Below, in pieces: positions 1-12,854 of a stretch of 64,000 bases of DNA. The DNA comes from Squalus acanthias. Its lineage: Eukaryota. Within the stretch, counting starts at the first letter, position 1. Each line of letters starts with the position of its first letter. The stretch covers positions 5,828,001-5,892,000 of the forward strand of contig CM059433.1 of the NCBI GenBank assembly GCA_030390025.1, written 5' to 3'. The translations under genes were made by a program, and so were the position numbers. The notes beneath the pieces were generated by a model. It did no database searches and had not been told where the DNA came from. It saw only the letters and a list, made by a program, of their open reading frames with translations.

Positions 1-1419
1 TATCAACTCCTCAATCCTGACCTGCTGCCCTCTCAAGCAACAATACTCCCCAGCTCCCCAATCCCAGCTCCAACAGCAGAAGATCTATACGTATCTCATG
101 GAGAATTTGCTCATCTCAGTTCATCACCAGACGTTTTTCCAATTCTTTTTTGGAGGACTGATTAACACAGCAGCCTCTGTGTTTTCTGGGAGTCTTTCTG
201 TGGGGCAGAAAGAAAACCACCTGAGGGGGAAAAAAATGACCACTGCCTCTGTCTCATATGTATTTGCACAGGCTGCTTTTAATGCCATTCCATATCAACA
301 GCAAGAATAGATGGCAGGAAGGATGCGGTTGACAGGACAGTGGGTTGTCTGTACAGGGCAGGATGTGGCATCAGATGCTGACAAAATCCAGCAGCAAGTT
401 TGCCAGCAGTTTACACTGGCACATGGCTGCTATGGGACTAGGGGCTGGCGCTGATTAGTGCCAACTTAGAATATTTAATTCAGGCAATTTATACTAGTAA
501 ACCCAGGGTAGATTTCAGTAAAACGGACTCAACTCCATTTACCATTATTAACATACTGTAAATTGCTCTGAGAATACAGTTAAACTCCAGTCTCAGTACC
601 GTAGCCACTACAACAACAACTTGTATTTATAATAGCGCCTTTAAAGTAGTAAAACTCCCCAAGGCGCTTCACAGGAGCGTTATCAAACAACATCTGACTA
701 AAGCACCAGAGTGTCCCAGATTGTTTATCTTTATTGTCTTTTTAGCTTTCAGGATTCCTGAATTAATGTCAATTCATAGAATCATAGAATAGTACAGCAC
801 AGAAGGAGGCCATTCGGCCCATCGAGTCTGCGCCAAGCAGATTTGCTGACAAGTCAGTGCTGTGGGCTGATGGGTTGAAACGCTCTGAAACTCATTTTAT
901 AAGACACCTGGCAGCTATTAGAGAGAAGAGTTTCGACCCGTTTGCCTGGGCTGGATTGACGTAGCGCACTCCCTATACGTTTCCTTGTAAGTGGTGAAGG
1001 AATATGGTGGAGGACTTGCAAATTAAAAATTGGCAATTGAAAATAAGAAAGTAAGCAAATTGTTCATGTTTACATTCAGGAACAGTAAGGCAGTGATTAA
1101 TTGGGTTCCTTTTGTTTGACGTCAGCTGAAGTGATGATGTTGAGAGCTCGCTGATAGGGGTGTAAGGTCAGGGGTTGATCAGGTGCATTTGAAAGGAGAC
1201 AGGCGGCAAAGCAGCATCCCTCTAAGAATGGACAGTAATGGAATGATACAAAGATACAAAATGATTGCGTGCGACCAGCAGGTGGAAACGGTGGGACCTT
1301 GAGGAATGGGGAACATGAGGAGCAACAGAGGGAGCAGTAGAAGGGGACAAAAGAGAACAGAAAGGTTACCGCACAAGGGGTGGACATTCTGAGACTGGTC
1401 AGAAGGTGGAAAAATGGGT

Positions 1420-1735
1420 GTCCTCAACGCATATGGTCTTCAGTCATATGGACCTAGGAAGTACCCAGGTTCAGTACCTGGTCTGTGCTGAGTTAACGGA
1501 TTTCAGCCAGGTTGGTCTCAGTACCACCAGACTGAGGAGAGGAAATACAGCCAGGTTTCCCCCACTTCAACGCTTTCCACTTGTCCCGGCTGGGAAGTGC
1601 GCATGTGTGTATGTTGCTTGAAGACAGGATCGAGCTTGCGTGTATTGTCCCCACAGTAAACTAGCCGGCCGCTACACACTGCCCAGGCTTGTACTCGGGC
1701 AACATAAAGGACAATAGTCGATAAGGTATTCCCTC
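1420..1735 (+). mobile_element. Diverged SINE-like interspersed repeat; second copy ~11660-12030
   Basis: The two loci share gtctgtgc(t/g)gagtta, aaat(a)cagccagg(t/g)ttcccc and tagcc...aggct blocks. Confidence 0.5.
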
Positions 1736-1741
1736 ATGAGC

Positions 1742-2655
1742 TAACATCTTCAGTAGAGGAGGGGAGAAATTGGGGGTGGAATATGGAAAGCAGAGAGAAG
1801 AAAAGTAAGAAGAAGCATAAATTACAAAGCGATATTAACCGATTAAGTGAATGGGCAAAACTGTGGTAAATGGATTTCAATATAAGGCAAGTGTAAGGAC
1901 CTAAAAAGTATAGATTAGAGTACTTTCTAAATGGTGAAAGGCTAGAAGCAGTGGCGGTCAAAGAGACTTGGGGGTCCATGTACGTAGATCATCAACAGGT
2001 CATGGACAGGTACAACAAATAATCAAAAAGGCTAATGGAATGCTGGTCTTTATATCTAGAGGACTGGAAAACAAGGGGTTAGAGGTCATGCCACAGCTAT
2101 ACAAAGCCCTGGAGCACTATGTTCAGTTCTGGGCACCACACCTTAGGAAGGATATATTGGCCTTGGAGGGAGTGCAGTGTAGATTTACCAGAATGATACC
2201 TGGACTCCAAGGGCTTATGTTACGAGGAGAGATTACACAAAGTAGGGTTGTATTTCCTAGAAATTAGAAGATTAAACAACAATTTGATCATCGTTTTCAA
2301 GATATAAAGAGGAACTGACAGGGTAGATAGAGATAAACTATTTCCACTGGTTGGGGAATCTAGGACTAGGGGACACAGCCTTATAATTACAGCCAGATCT
2401 TTCAGGAGTGAAGTTTGGAAACACTTCTACATGCAAAGAATGGTAGAAGTTTGGAACTCTCATCCGCAAATGACAGTTGATGCTGGGTCAATTATTAATT
2501 TAAAATCTGAGATTGATAGATTTCTGTTAACCAGGGTATTAAGGGATATGGGGCAAAGGCGGGTATGAAGAGTTAGGTCGCAGATCAGCCATGATCTCAT
2601 TGAATGGAGGAACAGGTTCGAGGGGCTAAATAGCCTACTCCTGTTCCTATGTTCC
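1742..2655 (+). mobile_element. CR1 LINE 3' fragment, decayed
   Basis: KANGMLVFISRG...YVQFWAPHLRKDILALEGVQ, plus the CR1 3' UTR cagccatgatctcattgaatgg...cctactcctg. Confidence 0.88.
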
Positions 2656-2811
2656 TAGAGAGAAGAGAGAACAGGAAGAAACCTGCTGATAGAAAAGAGG
2701 TCAGGAGATCTGAGTCAGGAAGAACCTGTCAAACGAACAGAAAAAACAGAATTACAGCTGACCTGTGGAAGATGAGGAAAGAATATTTCCAGCAAAAGTG
2801 CAAACTGAGGT

Positions 2812-2998
2812 GTCCTCGTCCACTGTCTTAAACATCCACTCCCTCTACCTCCAGCACACCGTGGCTGCAGTGTGCAACCATCTACAGGATGCAGTGCAGA
2901 AAGTCGCCAAGGCTTCTTCAGCAGCACCTCCCAAACCCGCGACCTCCACCACCTAGAAGGACATGGGCAGCAGGCGCATGGGAACACCACCACCTCCA
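2812..2998 (+). mobile_element. Short fragment of the same LINE family in inverted orientation
   Basis: Reverse complement of ~3200-3380 (LNIHSL...TVAAVC). Confidence 0.75.
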
Positions 2999-3005
2999 GG
3001 AAAGA

Positions 3006-6000
3006 CCGGCATTTATTGCCCATCCCTAGTTGCCCTTGAAAAGGTGGCAGTGAGCCTTCTTCTTGAACCACTGCAGTCCGTGTGGTGAAAGTTCTCCCAC
3101 AGTGCTGTTAGGTAGAGAGTTCCAGGAATTTGACACAGTAATGATGAAGGAACGACGATATATGTCCAAGTCAGGATGGTGTGTGACTTGGAGGGAACTT
3201 GAAGGTGGTGGTGTTCCCATGCGCCTGCTGCCCTTGTCCTTCTAAGTGGAAGAGGCCACGGGTTTGGGAGGTGCTGCGAAGAAGCCTTGGCGAGTTGCTG
3301 TCGTGCATCCTGATGATGGTACACACTGCAGCCACGGTGCACCATTGGTGGAAGGAGTGAATGTTTAAGGTGGTGGATGGGGTGCCAATCAAGCGGGCTG
3401 CTTTGTCTTCGATAGTGTCGAGCTTCTTGAGTGTTGTTGGAGCTGCACTCATCCAGGTAAGTGGAGAGTATTCCATCACACTCCTGATTTGTGCCTTATA
3501 GATGGTGGAAAGGCTTTGGGGAGACAGGTGGTGAGTCACTCGTCGCAGAATATCCAGCCTCTGACCTGCTCTTGTAGCCACAGTATTTATGTGGCTGGTC
3601 CAGTTAAGTTTCTGGTCAATGGTGACCCCTAGGATGTTGATGGTGGGGGATTTGACGATGGTAATGCTGTTGAATGTCAAGGGGCGGCGGTTAGACTCTC
3701 GCTTATTGGAGATAGTCATTGCCTGGCACTTGTGTGGCGTGAATGTTACTTGCCACTTATCAGCCCAAGCCTGAATGTTGTCCAGGTCTTGCTGCATGCG
3801 GGCATAGACTATTTCATTATCTGAGTTGAACTGAACACTGTGCAATCATCAGCGAACATCCCCACTTCTGACCTTATGATGGAGGGAAGGTCATTGATGA
3901 AGCAACTGAAGATGTTTGGGCCTAGGACACTGCTCTGAGGAACACCTGCAGCGATGTCCTGGGGCTGAGATGATTGGCCTCCAACAACCACAGCCATCTT
4001 CCTTTGTGCTAGGTACGACTCCAGCCAGTGGAGACTTTTCCCCCCAGTTCCCATTGACTTCAATTTTACTAGGGCTTCTTGATGCCACACTCGGACAAAT
4101 GCTGCCTTGATGTCAAGGGCAGTCACTCTCAACTCACTTCTGGAATTCAGCTCTTTTGTCCATGTTTGGACCAAGGCTGTAATGAGGTCTGAAGCCGAGT
4201 GGTCCTGGCAGAACACAAACTAGGCATCGTGAGCAGGTTATTGGTGAGTAACTGCTGTTTGATAGCACTGCCGATGACACCTTCCATCACTTTGCTGATG
4301 ATTGAGCGTAGACTGATGGGGCGGTAATTGGCCGGATTGGATTTGTCCTGCATTTTGTGGACAGGACATACCTGGGCAATTTTCCACTTTGTCGAATAGT
4401 GCTGTAGCTGTACTGGAACAGCTTGGCTAGAGGCATGGTTTGTTCTGGAGCACATGTCTTCAGCATTACAGCCAGGATGTTGTCAGGGCCCATAGCATTT
4501 GTTGTATCTAATGCGCTCAGCGGTTTCTTGATATCATATGGAGTGAATTGAATTGGCTGAAGACTGGCTTCTGTGATGGTGGGGACTTCAGGGGGAGGCC
4601 GATATGGATCATCCACCTGGCACTTCTGGCTGAAGATGGTTGCAAACACTTCTGCCTTGTCTTTTGAACTCACGTGCTGGGCTCCGCTATCATTGAGGAT
4701 GGAGATGTTCATGGAGCCTCTTCCTCTCGTTAGTTGTTTAATTGCCCACCACCATTCACGACTGGATGTGGCAGGACTGCGAGCTTTGATCTGATCCATT
4801 GGTTGTGGGATCACTTAGCTCTTTCTATAGCATGCTGCTTCCGCTGTTTAGCATGCATGTATCCTGTGTTGCAGCTTCACCAGGTTGCCACCTCATTTTT
4901 AGGTACACCTGATGCTGCTCCTGGCATACTCTTCTACATTCTCATTGAACCAGGGTTGGTCCCCTGGCTTGATGGTAATGGTAGAGTGAGGGATATGCCA
5001 GGGCATGAGGTCACAGATTGTGGTGGAATACAATTCTGCTGCTGCTGATGGCCCACAGCACCTTCATGGATGCCCAGTTTGAGCTGCTAGATCTGTTCTG
5101 AATCTATCCCATTTAGCATGCTGGTAGTGCCACACAACACGATGGAGGGTGTCCTCAGTGTGAAGACGGGACTTTCGTCTCCACAAGGACTGTGCAGTGG
5201 TCACTCCATGGACAGATACATCTGCGACAGGTAGACTGGTGAGGATGAGGTCAAGTAGGTTTTTCCCTCGTGTTGGTTCTCTCACCACCTGCTGCAGGCC
5301 CAGTCTGGCAGCTATGTCCTTCAGGAATTGGCCAACTCGGTCAGTAGTGGTGCTACCGAGCCACTCTTGGTGATGGACATTGAAGTCCCCCACCCAGAGT
5401 CCATTCTGTGCCCTTGCTACCCTCAGTGCTTCTTCCAAATGGTGTTCAACATGGAGGAGTACTGATTCATCAGCTGAGGGAGGGCGGTAGGTGGTAATCA
5501 GCAGGAGGTTTCCTAGCCCATGTTTGACCTCATGCCATGAGACTTCATGGGGTCCAGAGTCAATGTTGAGAACTCCCAGGGCCACTCTCCACTGTGTCAG
5601 CACCTCTATTGGGTCTGTCCTGCTGGTGGGACAGGACATACCCAGGGATGGAGATGGAAGAGTCTGGAAGGTATGATTCTGTGAGTATGACTGTGTCAGG
5701 CTGTTGCTTGACTAGTCTGTGGGACACTTCCAATTTTGACACAAGTCCCCAGATGTTATTGAGAAGGACTTTGCAGGGTCGACTGGGCTGGGTGCGCCTT
5801 TGTCGTGTCCGGTGCCTAGGTCGATGCCGGGTGCTCCGTCCGGTTTTATTGTTAATATACTTCTTTGTCGGGGTTTAGTACAATTGAATGGCTTGCTCGG
5901 CCATTTCAGAGGGCAGTTAAGAGTCAACCACATTGCTGTGGGTCTGGAGTCACATATAGGCCAGACCAGGTAAGGACGGCAGATTTCCTTCTCTAAAGGG

Positions 6001-6336
6001 CATTAGTGAACCAGATGGGTTTTCACGACAATCCGATAGTTTCATGGTCACCATTACTGATACTAGCTTTTTATTCCAAATTGATTTAATTAACTGAACT
6101 TAAATTCCCCAGCTGCCGCGGTGGGATTTGAACCGATCATTAGTCCAGGCCTCTGGATTACTAGCCCAGCAACATAAAAACGAAAGACTTGCATTTCTAT
6201 AGCACCTTTCACGACCTCAGGGTGTCCCAAAGTGCTTTACAGCCAATGTGGGAAACGTGGCAGCCAATTGCGCACAGCAAGCTCCCACAAACAGCAATGT
6301 GAGAATGACCAGATAACCACTATGCTACCGTACCCC
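3006..6336 (-). mobile_element. Near full-length degraded CR1-group LINE (EN+RT) with tRNA-like 5' head and no visible ORF1
   Basis: EN motifs (VILTESYL, TYRPPS, VGDFNVHH, LLDLILT) and RT motifs (NYRPISL, LDIKAAF, GVPQSSVLGP, FADD, ILGVTID) in frameshifted ORFs 5742..3171. A box and B box at the 5' end. Confidence 0.88.
6177..6313 (-). mobile_element. 3' fragment of Deu-SINE (SacSINE1-like) inserted in the LINE head
   Basis: Matches the 3' part of 57833-58296. Flanked by an ata(a) duplication. Confidence 0.75.
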
Positions 6337-7076
6337 TACTGTAGCTGTGTACTATACACACACACACATTAAAAACTAACTCACATTGGCATCTTCAGCA
6401 TTTGAGGTTTAGTTGCAACAGCCAGCTCTTCTCTGAAGCTCACAAGCATTTCTATAAATCGGATTATTGCAGAGCTAACAGGACCAGCGGTGTTTATATC
6501 CGATGCCTTTGAACCGCTCTACATTGGCCATTATACAGTAACAGCTGGAAGAAACACCGCATGTCCTTCAAAGTCATTAAACGAACAGATTTTAATGTCT
6601 GCAGTGCATTCTGCATGAAATGTTGTACTTTTTAGATTTGTTCAAACGCACTTTAGCGCACACATCACATCAATGAGATTTTCTCGGAGAACAACTTGCA
6701 GCGACATCAGAGACCTGGGAGCCCCTCCATCCCTGTCCCCCTGCAGATTATTAATTCTACAATTTACTCACGTTTCTTACCGATAAACTATTTTTCCTTT
6801 TCTCTCACAACAATCTGCAGCACAGCAGGAAAAACAGAGGTGGCTACTTGCCTGCGAAGCCTGTGACGGGTAAAGGCAGGAGAGTACCAGGTACAGAAAA
6901 AGGCTGTACTGAATCCCAGGAACCATATCGCCTCTGCTCCTTTAACTCTTAGGGAATGCCTTCAAGATCTGCACGTGTGTGGGGTTTTTTCTCTCCCCCC
7001 CCCCCTCCACCGGGAAAACTCCAAGCTTTCGCTGGCAGGTGCATTCACATTGGGCTCATTGTGGAGTCAGTCGGTT

Positions 7077-7250
7077 TCACTCCCTGGACAGGATGACGGC
7101 AGGTGGGAGTTCAGCAAAGTCTTTCAAGGGAACTTCTTTTCCAGACTCGACTGAATCCACATACTCAGGTTTGTTCCCTTGCTGCGGGACGGGAGTTGAT
7201 CTCCACTGGACTGTGTGGTCAGGGTGAAGGATTGCTTTGGTCTCAGGTTC
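7077..7250 (-). CDS. Candidate terminal coding exon of an unidentified gene
   Basis: tcattctgacag| followed by 57 sense codons and TGA (EPETKAILHPDHTVQWRSTPVPQQGNKPEYVDSVESGKEVPLKDFAELPPAVILSRE*) in non-repetitive DNA. No homologue recognised. Confidence 0.3.
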   Translation of the reverse strand, partial: EPETKAILHPDHTVQWRSTPVPQQGNKPEYVDSVESGKEVPLKDFAELPPAVILSRE

Positions 7251-8196
7251 CTGTCAGAATGATATTGTCCCGCCCCTTCAAGGAGCTGGAGGGCTGGTGG
7301 AATTTATACAAAAAAAAATTGCTTCAACTTTACAGCTATTATTATCTTAAGGTAGCAAATCGCGCTTTAAACAATGACCTTCCTTGATTATACACATTAG
7401 TGACAAGGGCTACATCATAACAACAACAAAATAAGTATGTTGTCAAATAAGGACTGATTTACAACTGGTTTATATGCGCACACATACATGTAAATGTGAA
7501 AACAGAATATTGTAAGGGTTCTATGTACACTGTGGATTTATACAACGAACGATTTATGTTGCTTTCAGATTTCAAAATTGAGCCCCACAGACTGAGAATG
7601 TTAACAATAAAAGTTTACATTAACTGCATTCGTGCTTTTAAAACATTATCAAAATGGTCAGTGATAAGGTATCTTTTTAGCCTCAACAGGGATTGGAAAA
7701 ATATTTTGATGTGAATCCTGTCAAATGGCAACATTTTCCTTGCTTATCTTTTAAATTCCAATTACTATGCACTTATAAGAAATATTAGATGTAGCAAAAT
7801 CTATGTAATGATACAGCACCTTATCACATGCAAAGCGTTTGATGACAAATGGAACAATTTTCAAGTGCAGTTTCACACACAGCAAATGAGATGAAATGAA
7901 CCTTTAAGCTGCTTTTGGTGTCTTTGGTCGAGGGGAAAAGGTTAGGACAGTGGGAGAATTCCCGACTCTTTTCAAGTAAGGATTAGGGGATAGGTGGGGT
8001 GCTGGGCGGGTGGTTTAGTCTGTTTCCGACTACTGCCCTGTTACAAAGCCTTAAATGTAGTGTGTGTGTTTTTTAAGTACTTATTGGGCATATGGATACA
8101 TAATGAAATCACATTTCCCCTTCGTTTGAAACCGTTCTGCCAGGACTCCTGAATCAACATTGCAAAATACGTGTGACTCAATTGTCCCCCGTGTCC

Positions 8197-8487
8197 ATGA
8201 ACATATCACCTGTATTGTATTGATTAAAGCAGTGATATTAGATTACTGCCTATCAGCTTTCTACTGTGAGTATCTGCTCTCTATATCCAGCTAAGAAAAA
8301 ACCTTCCTGGGCTGTTTGATATGAAACGAATTCACCAGACGGAGAGGAATGCTGCTGCTGCTAGTTTAACAGCCCAGAAAGGTTTTCTCTTTGCTGGATA
8401 GAGAGAGCAGATACTCACAATAGAAAGCTGATAGGCAGTAATCTAATATCACTGCTTTAATTAATACAATACAGGTGATATTTTCAT
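8197..8487. repeat. Long inverted repeat (foldback): 114-bp arms, 51-nt spacer
   Basis: 8203-8316 versus 8368-8481: 6 mismatches and no indels by manual alignment. Confidence 0.92.
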
Positions 8488-10132
8488 TTTCCAGGAATGC
8501 GCACTTGAATTGACACCCATCTATGATATATATATTAAAAAGCGTACATTTATATGTGATTTCTGTTTGTAAAACCTTACTTCCTATTGTGACATCTTTG
8601 TCATACTTTTATGTCAACTTGTTCCTATTATAATTACTGTGCCCACATTTGCCAATGTAAACATGTCACACTGTAATGACACCCTCCTGACAATGGTGGC
8701 GCTGTAGAGCCTCAGTTTTCCAGCTCCCTGCTCCTCAGCCAAACTCCAATGTCCCAGGCAACTGTACTTCACTCCTTCCCAAACTACCACTGCTTTTGCT
8801 GTTTAAAAATCAATATATTAGACACAAATAAGAACAGAATGTATGACTTTAAAACGAGGATGATGTCTGCCCACTGTGGTCCAGTTATCACCTGCTCTCT
8901 AACCCCACTTCACTTGAAGACTATGCTTAATCTTGACTCCCCATGTGCAATGCCACCGGTGGTCGACTAGTATAATAGCTGAAAAGATGCCAAGGGTTTT
9001 TTCATATCCTCCATTTATATAGCACCTTATCACGTCTCTCAGAAATACCTCAACACTTCACAAACAATGGGATTACTTTGGCAGGCAGCGAACCTATGCA
9101 CACAGGAAGATCCCAAAAACAGCAGTGAGATGAATGACCAGTTAATCAGGCTGTGGTGGTGTTGGTTGAGGGAGGAATACTGGCCAGGTCACTGGAATAG
9201 CTCCCTTCTTCGCTTACAATACGGGAGCTTTTAACATTCACGCAAAAGGCAGGATGGACATGAGTTTTAATGCCTATTCGGAGGGCAGGGAGATCACTTC
9301 AGGAGTGGATCACCATTCATAACAGCGGCGAAGCTGGATGGAGGAATTCCAGCCCCACAATTTTTTTTGCTCAAAGGTACCCCTAAAATGCTTTGTAAAA
9401 CTGATTATCCTCATGCTGTACGTGTGTGGATTGAGACGGTGGTGGTGGGGTGGTGGGGGCTGCCTCATTGTCCACATGAAGCAGGACCCACCTAAGGTCC
9501 AGATTGATTGAAGTTAGGCTACCCATTAATGGCTCATCGTGAGTGGGTGGAGTGACTGTCCAGACACTGAGAGAAGGTGGGTGACCCAGGGCTAATTGGA
9601 CACAAAGAGGAGGTTAGCTTGAAGGCTGGGTTGCAGTCTCGCCAAATGTGATGGCTAGCAGTGCCCTCCGCTGGTTGTTACCTGGAAGGACTCCACAATC
9701 AATAATCGACTTCAGAAACACAGCTGGTGAGCGTCCTCTGCCGGACAAGAGGAAGTGGCGACAAGGTTCTGGCTTAAAGGGGCAGGCATGGACATAAGGT
9801 TGACAGATTCAAAACTGTTCTGTGATGAGATCCTACACTGTTTCTTTTGTGAACATCCAAGCTACTGGGAATCAGCAACATATTTCAAAAATCAACAGAG
9901 GTGTTTAGAGAGAGGGTCGCTTGGTTCCCCAGTGACTGCAGCTCCAGATTGTACTGATGTGTTTGTCGAACTGAAATTCTTCAGGTTGGAGGTTTCTCCA
10001 GCCCTGGAAATGGACGGACTAATGGATGATACACAGAAGAATGGAGAGAGAGTGGAGGAACTGAAGAAAAGGTTAGTGCTGGAATCAGGATTGCAGAGAT
10101 TGAGAACTCAGTTGCTCATCAATCTGAAACAT

Positions 10133-11475
10133 TGGCCCCCCATCTTTACTGGTGTGAGATTTGAAAGCAGGAGGGAGGAGTTCTGGTTGGGCGTGGTTTT
10201 TTTTTCAACATCATTCGCACCCGGAAGCCAGCCTGATTGACAGTGGGGGGGGGCGGGGGGGGGGGGGGGGGAAGGCTGCAGAAAAAGCAGCAGCCCAGGA
10301 ACAGGGATAGAGATCGCAGGGGGTGGTGGTGGGGTGGGTACAGCGTGGCTTCGAGGGTCGGGGTGTTGGCGAGAGATTGGGGCAGAGATGAGGGCATCGG
10401 GAAGGCCGGTGATCACCGGGGGATCAGTGATCGTGGTGGGGGGGGGGGGTTGGGGGGAGGGGGATCTGATTATGGGGGGGTCCGATTGCATGGGGGCTCC
10501 GATCCGGGGAATGAGGCAGGTTAGCTTGGGGGCTGGGGGGGAGCACACTTGCTCCTATAAGAGCAGGGAGGTTATGATGGAGCTGTACAAAACGCTAGTT
10601 AGGCCACAGCTGGAATATTGTGTACAGTTCTGGTCGCCACACTATAGGAAGGATGTGATTGCATTGGAGAGGGTGCAGAGGAGATTCACCAGGATGTTAC
10701 CTGGGCTGCAGCGCTTCAGCTATGAAGAGAGACTGAATAGGCTGGGGTTGTTTTCCTTAGAGCAGAGAAGGTTGAGGGGGGACCTGATTGAGGTGTACAA
10801 AATTATGAGGGGCATAGATAGGGTAGATAGAAAGGAACTTTTCCCCTTAGTAGAGGGGTCAATAACCAGGGGGCATAGTTTCAAGGTAAGGGGCAGGAGG
10901 TTTAGAGGGGATTTGAGGAAAAACTTTTTCACCCAGAGGGTGGTTGGAATCTGGAACTCACTACCTGAAAGGGTGGTAGAGGCAGGAACCCTCACAACAT
11001 TCAAGAAGCATTTAGATGAGCACTTGAAACGCCATAACAAACAAGGCTACGGACCAAGTGCTGGAAAATGGGATTAAAATAGACAGGGCTTGATGGCCGG
11101 CGCGGACACGATGGGCCGAAGGGCCTCTTTCTGTGCTGTATAACTCTATGACTCTATGACTATGACTCCTACTGGCCCATAAGCTGGAAAGGCACTTCCA
11201 GCCTGTTCCTGTTCCATGCAGCAGTCCTCCCTTTAGCACCCGGGGAAACCCGGCCAGCCAGCGTTAAAGCTGGACGAGAGATAAAATCTGAGGCACACAT
11301 CCTCATCAAAATATTTAAATCAGCAACCTGCCTCCTGGGAGCGGGTTGGTTGTCCGTCCCCCGTCCTACCACCGTTAACACTGGAAGTGGGCGGGCTTGA
11401 GGTGGGTTTTACAATTTTTTAATTTTCACATCCCACCCGAAACCCACCCGTTTTGCGGGGTTAGAATTACCCCCC
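10133..11475. mobile_element. G-rich non-autonomous element (MITE-like) split by the CR1 above
   Basis: GC/G-run-rich block ending in gaattaccccc, similar to the other MITE termini in this window. Left end poorly defined. Confidence 0.45.
10558..11165 (+). mobile_element. 5'-truncated CR1 LINE
   Basis: LYKTLVRPQLEYCVQFWSP...NFFTQRVV, an (ACTCTATG)n tail, and TSD CTCCTA at 10552-10557 and 11166-11171. Confidence 0.92.
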
Positions 11476-12854
11476 AAAGATGCTGCCTGACCTGCTGAGT
11501 GTTTCCAGCATTTTCTGTTTTTATTTCTGATTTCCAGCATCCGCAGTATTTGGCTTTTGACTCACTTGCTTACTTGATGTAGCACGGGAATACACGGCTA
11601 ATAAACTGCCAACACCTGACAACTTACGTGCAAGATCCTTGATCAGAACCAAGTAAAATTGGTTCCACATCCCCAATGGCCTAGTGAGTCTATGCCGACT
11701 GGGACAGGCCCAGGCCCAGGCCCAATCCCCGTCTGTGCGGAGTTAGCTGGCGTCCAACTGGACAGCGGTAACAGGGCTACAGTACCTTTGGGATCGGAAA
11801 TGGGAAATCAGCCAGGGTTCCCCACTGCTGATTGCTATCCGGCAAATTCTGCTGGAAGCGGACCTGTGTAGATGTTAGGAAAGGAGATGATTGGGCTCTG
11901 CTGTGATGCCCCTTGTGGTCAAATAGCCTACCAACATTAACTGTCAAAGCTCACACACGATTAATGGGTAAGGTACCAGGGAGGGACCAGCACTCAAAGA
12001 ATTAAAGTCAATGCCTTTAAGAGGAGTGGGAAGAAAAAGAAAATTGTTCTAATTTTCATCCAGTAAAAATGAACGCACCAGAGGACTGACAGTTCCACAT
12101 GGCTAATGCAACTTATATCTTTAAGAAACAAATTGTCTACTATTTAGCAGTTTTGATTTAATGAAATCTTTACCTTTTTTTAATAAATTGATGGTGTCCT
12201 GTATTTATTCTTAATTCTTCACACGGTCTAATTCAAATCATTAACAATGCTTTTTTTCCCAGCTTTTTGAATTTGACAGGTCGCCCACCAGTTTCCCGCA
12301 GTGCCTAGACCTTGTCTTTGAAGCTGAGGCAGGAGGTCACTTGCCATTGAATCAGATGTTGAGTTGACAGCTTCAGATGTCAAGTCAAAGCTTCCTGCTG
12401 ATTGAGAAATGTTCCCTTAACCACTAGTTTCTCTAAACTGCATTTCCACTACAGATTCACAAGTCTGCATCCAGTCTGACCTCATTACATCTCCCACCAT
12501 TGACAGATCACTTCTGTCATCTCTATTTCACCTGCCATCTATTCCATCAGCATGGGTGTACTTTATATTGTCTCACCTTGGTCCTCAGAATCTGACCACG
12601 ATCAGCCCCAACACCAGCATCACCAGGCACACCAGCAGCACCAACAATCACACCAACCTTCTCCACAATCACCTGATGCTGCACAGGACAGAGGGCATCA
12701 GCACCCGACCACATTTCTGCCCGGGACGCCAGGGATGGCCTCAACAGTGCCACATTTACTTCACTTGACGCTGCACACCCTGGCTGCCACATGATGTGCC
12801 AGGTTGGCACCATCCCACACCAACAACATAATGCATCCCTACAATGCCCAAGCC

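Noticed and set aside
9755..10240. 161-aa plus-strand ORF
   Set aside because: Non-ATG start, no recognisable domain, and it runs into a repeat.
10108..10548. Pro-rich and Gly-rich ORFs
   Set aside because: Products of G-runs in a low-complexity non-autonomous element.
12552..12794. His/Gln-rich ORF as a Harbinger transposase N-terminus
   Set aside because: Its position convergent with the Myb-like remnant is suggestive, but no DDE motifs are visible, so it is not called.
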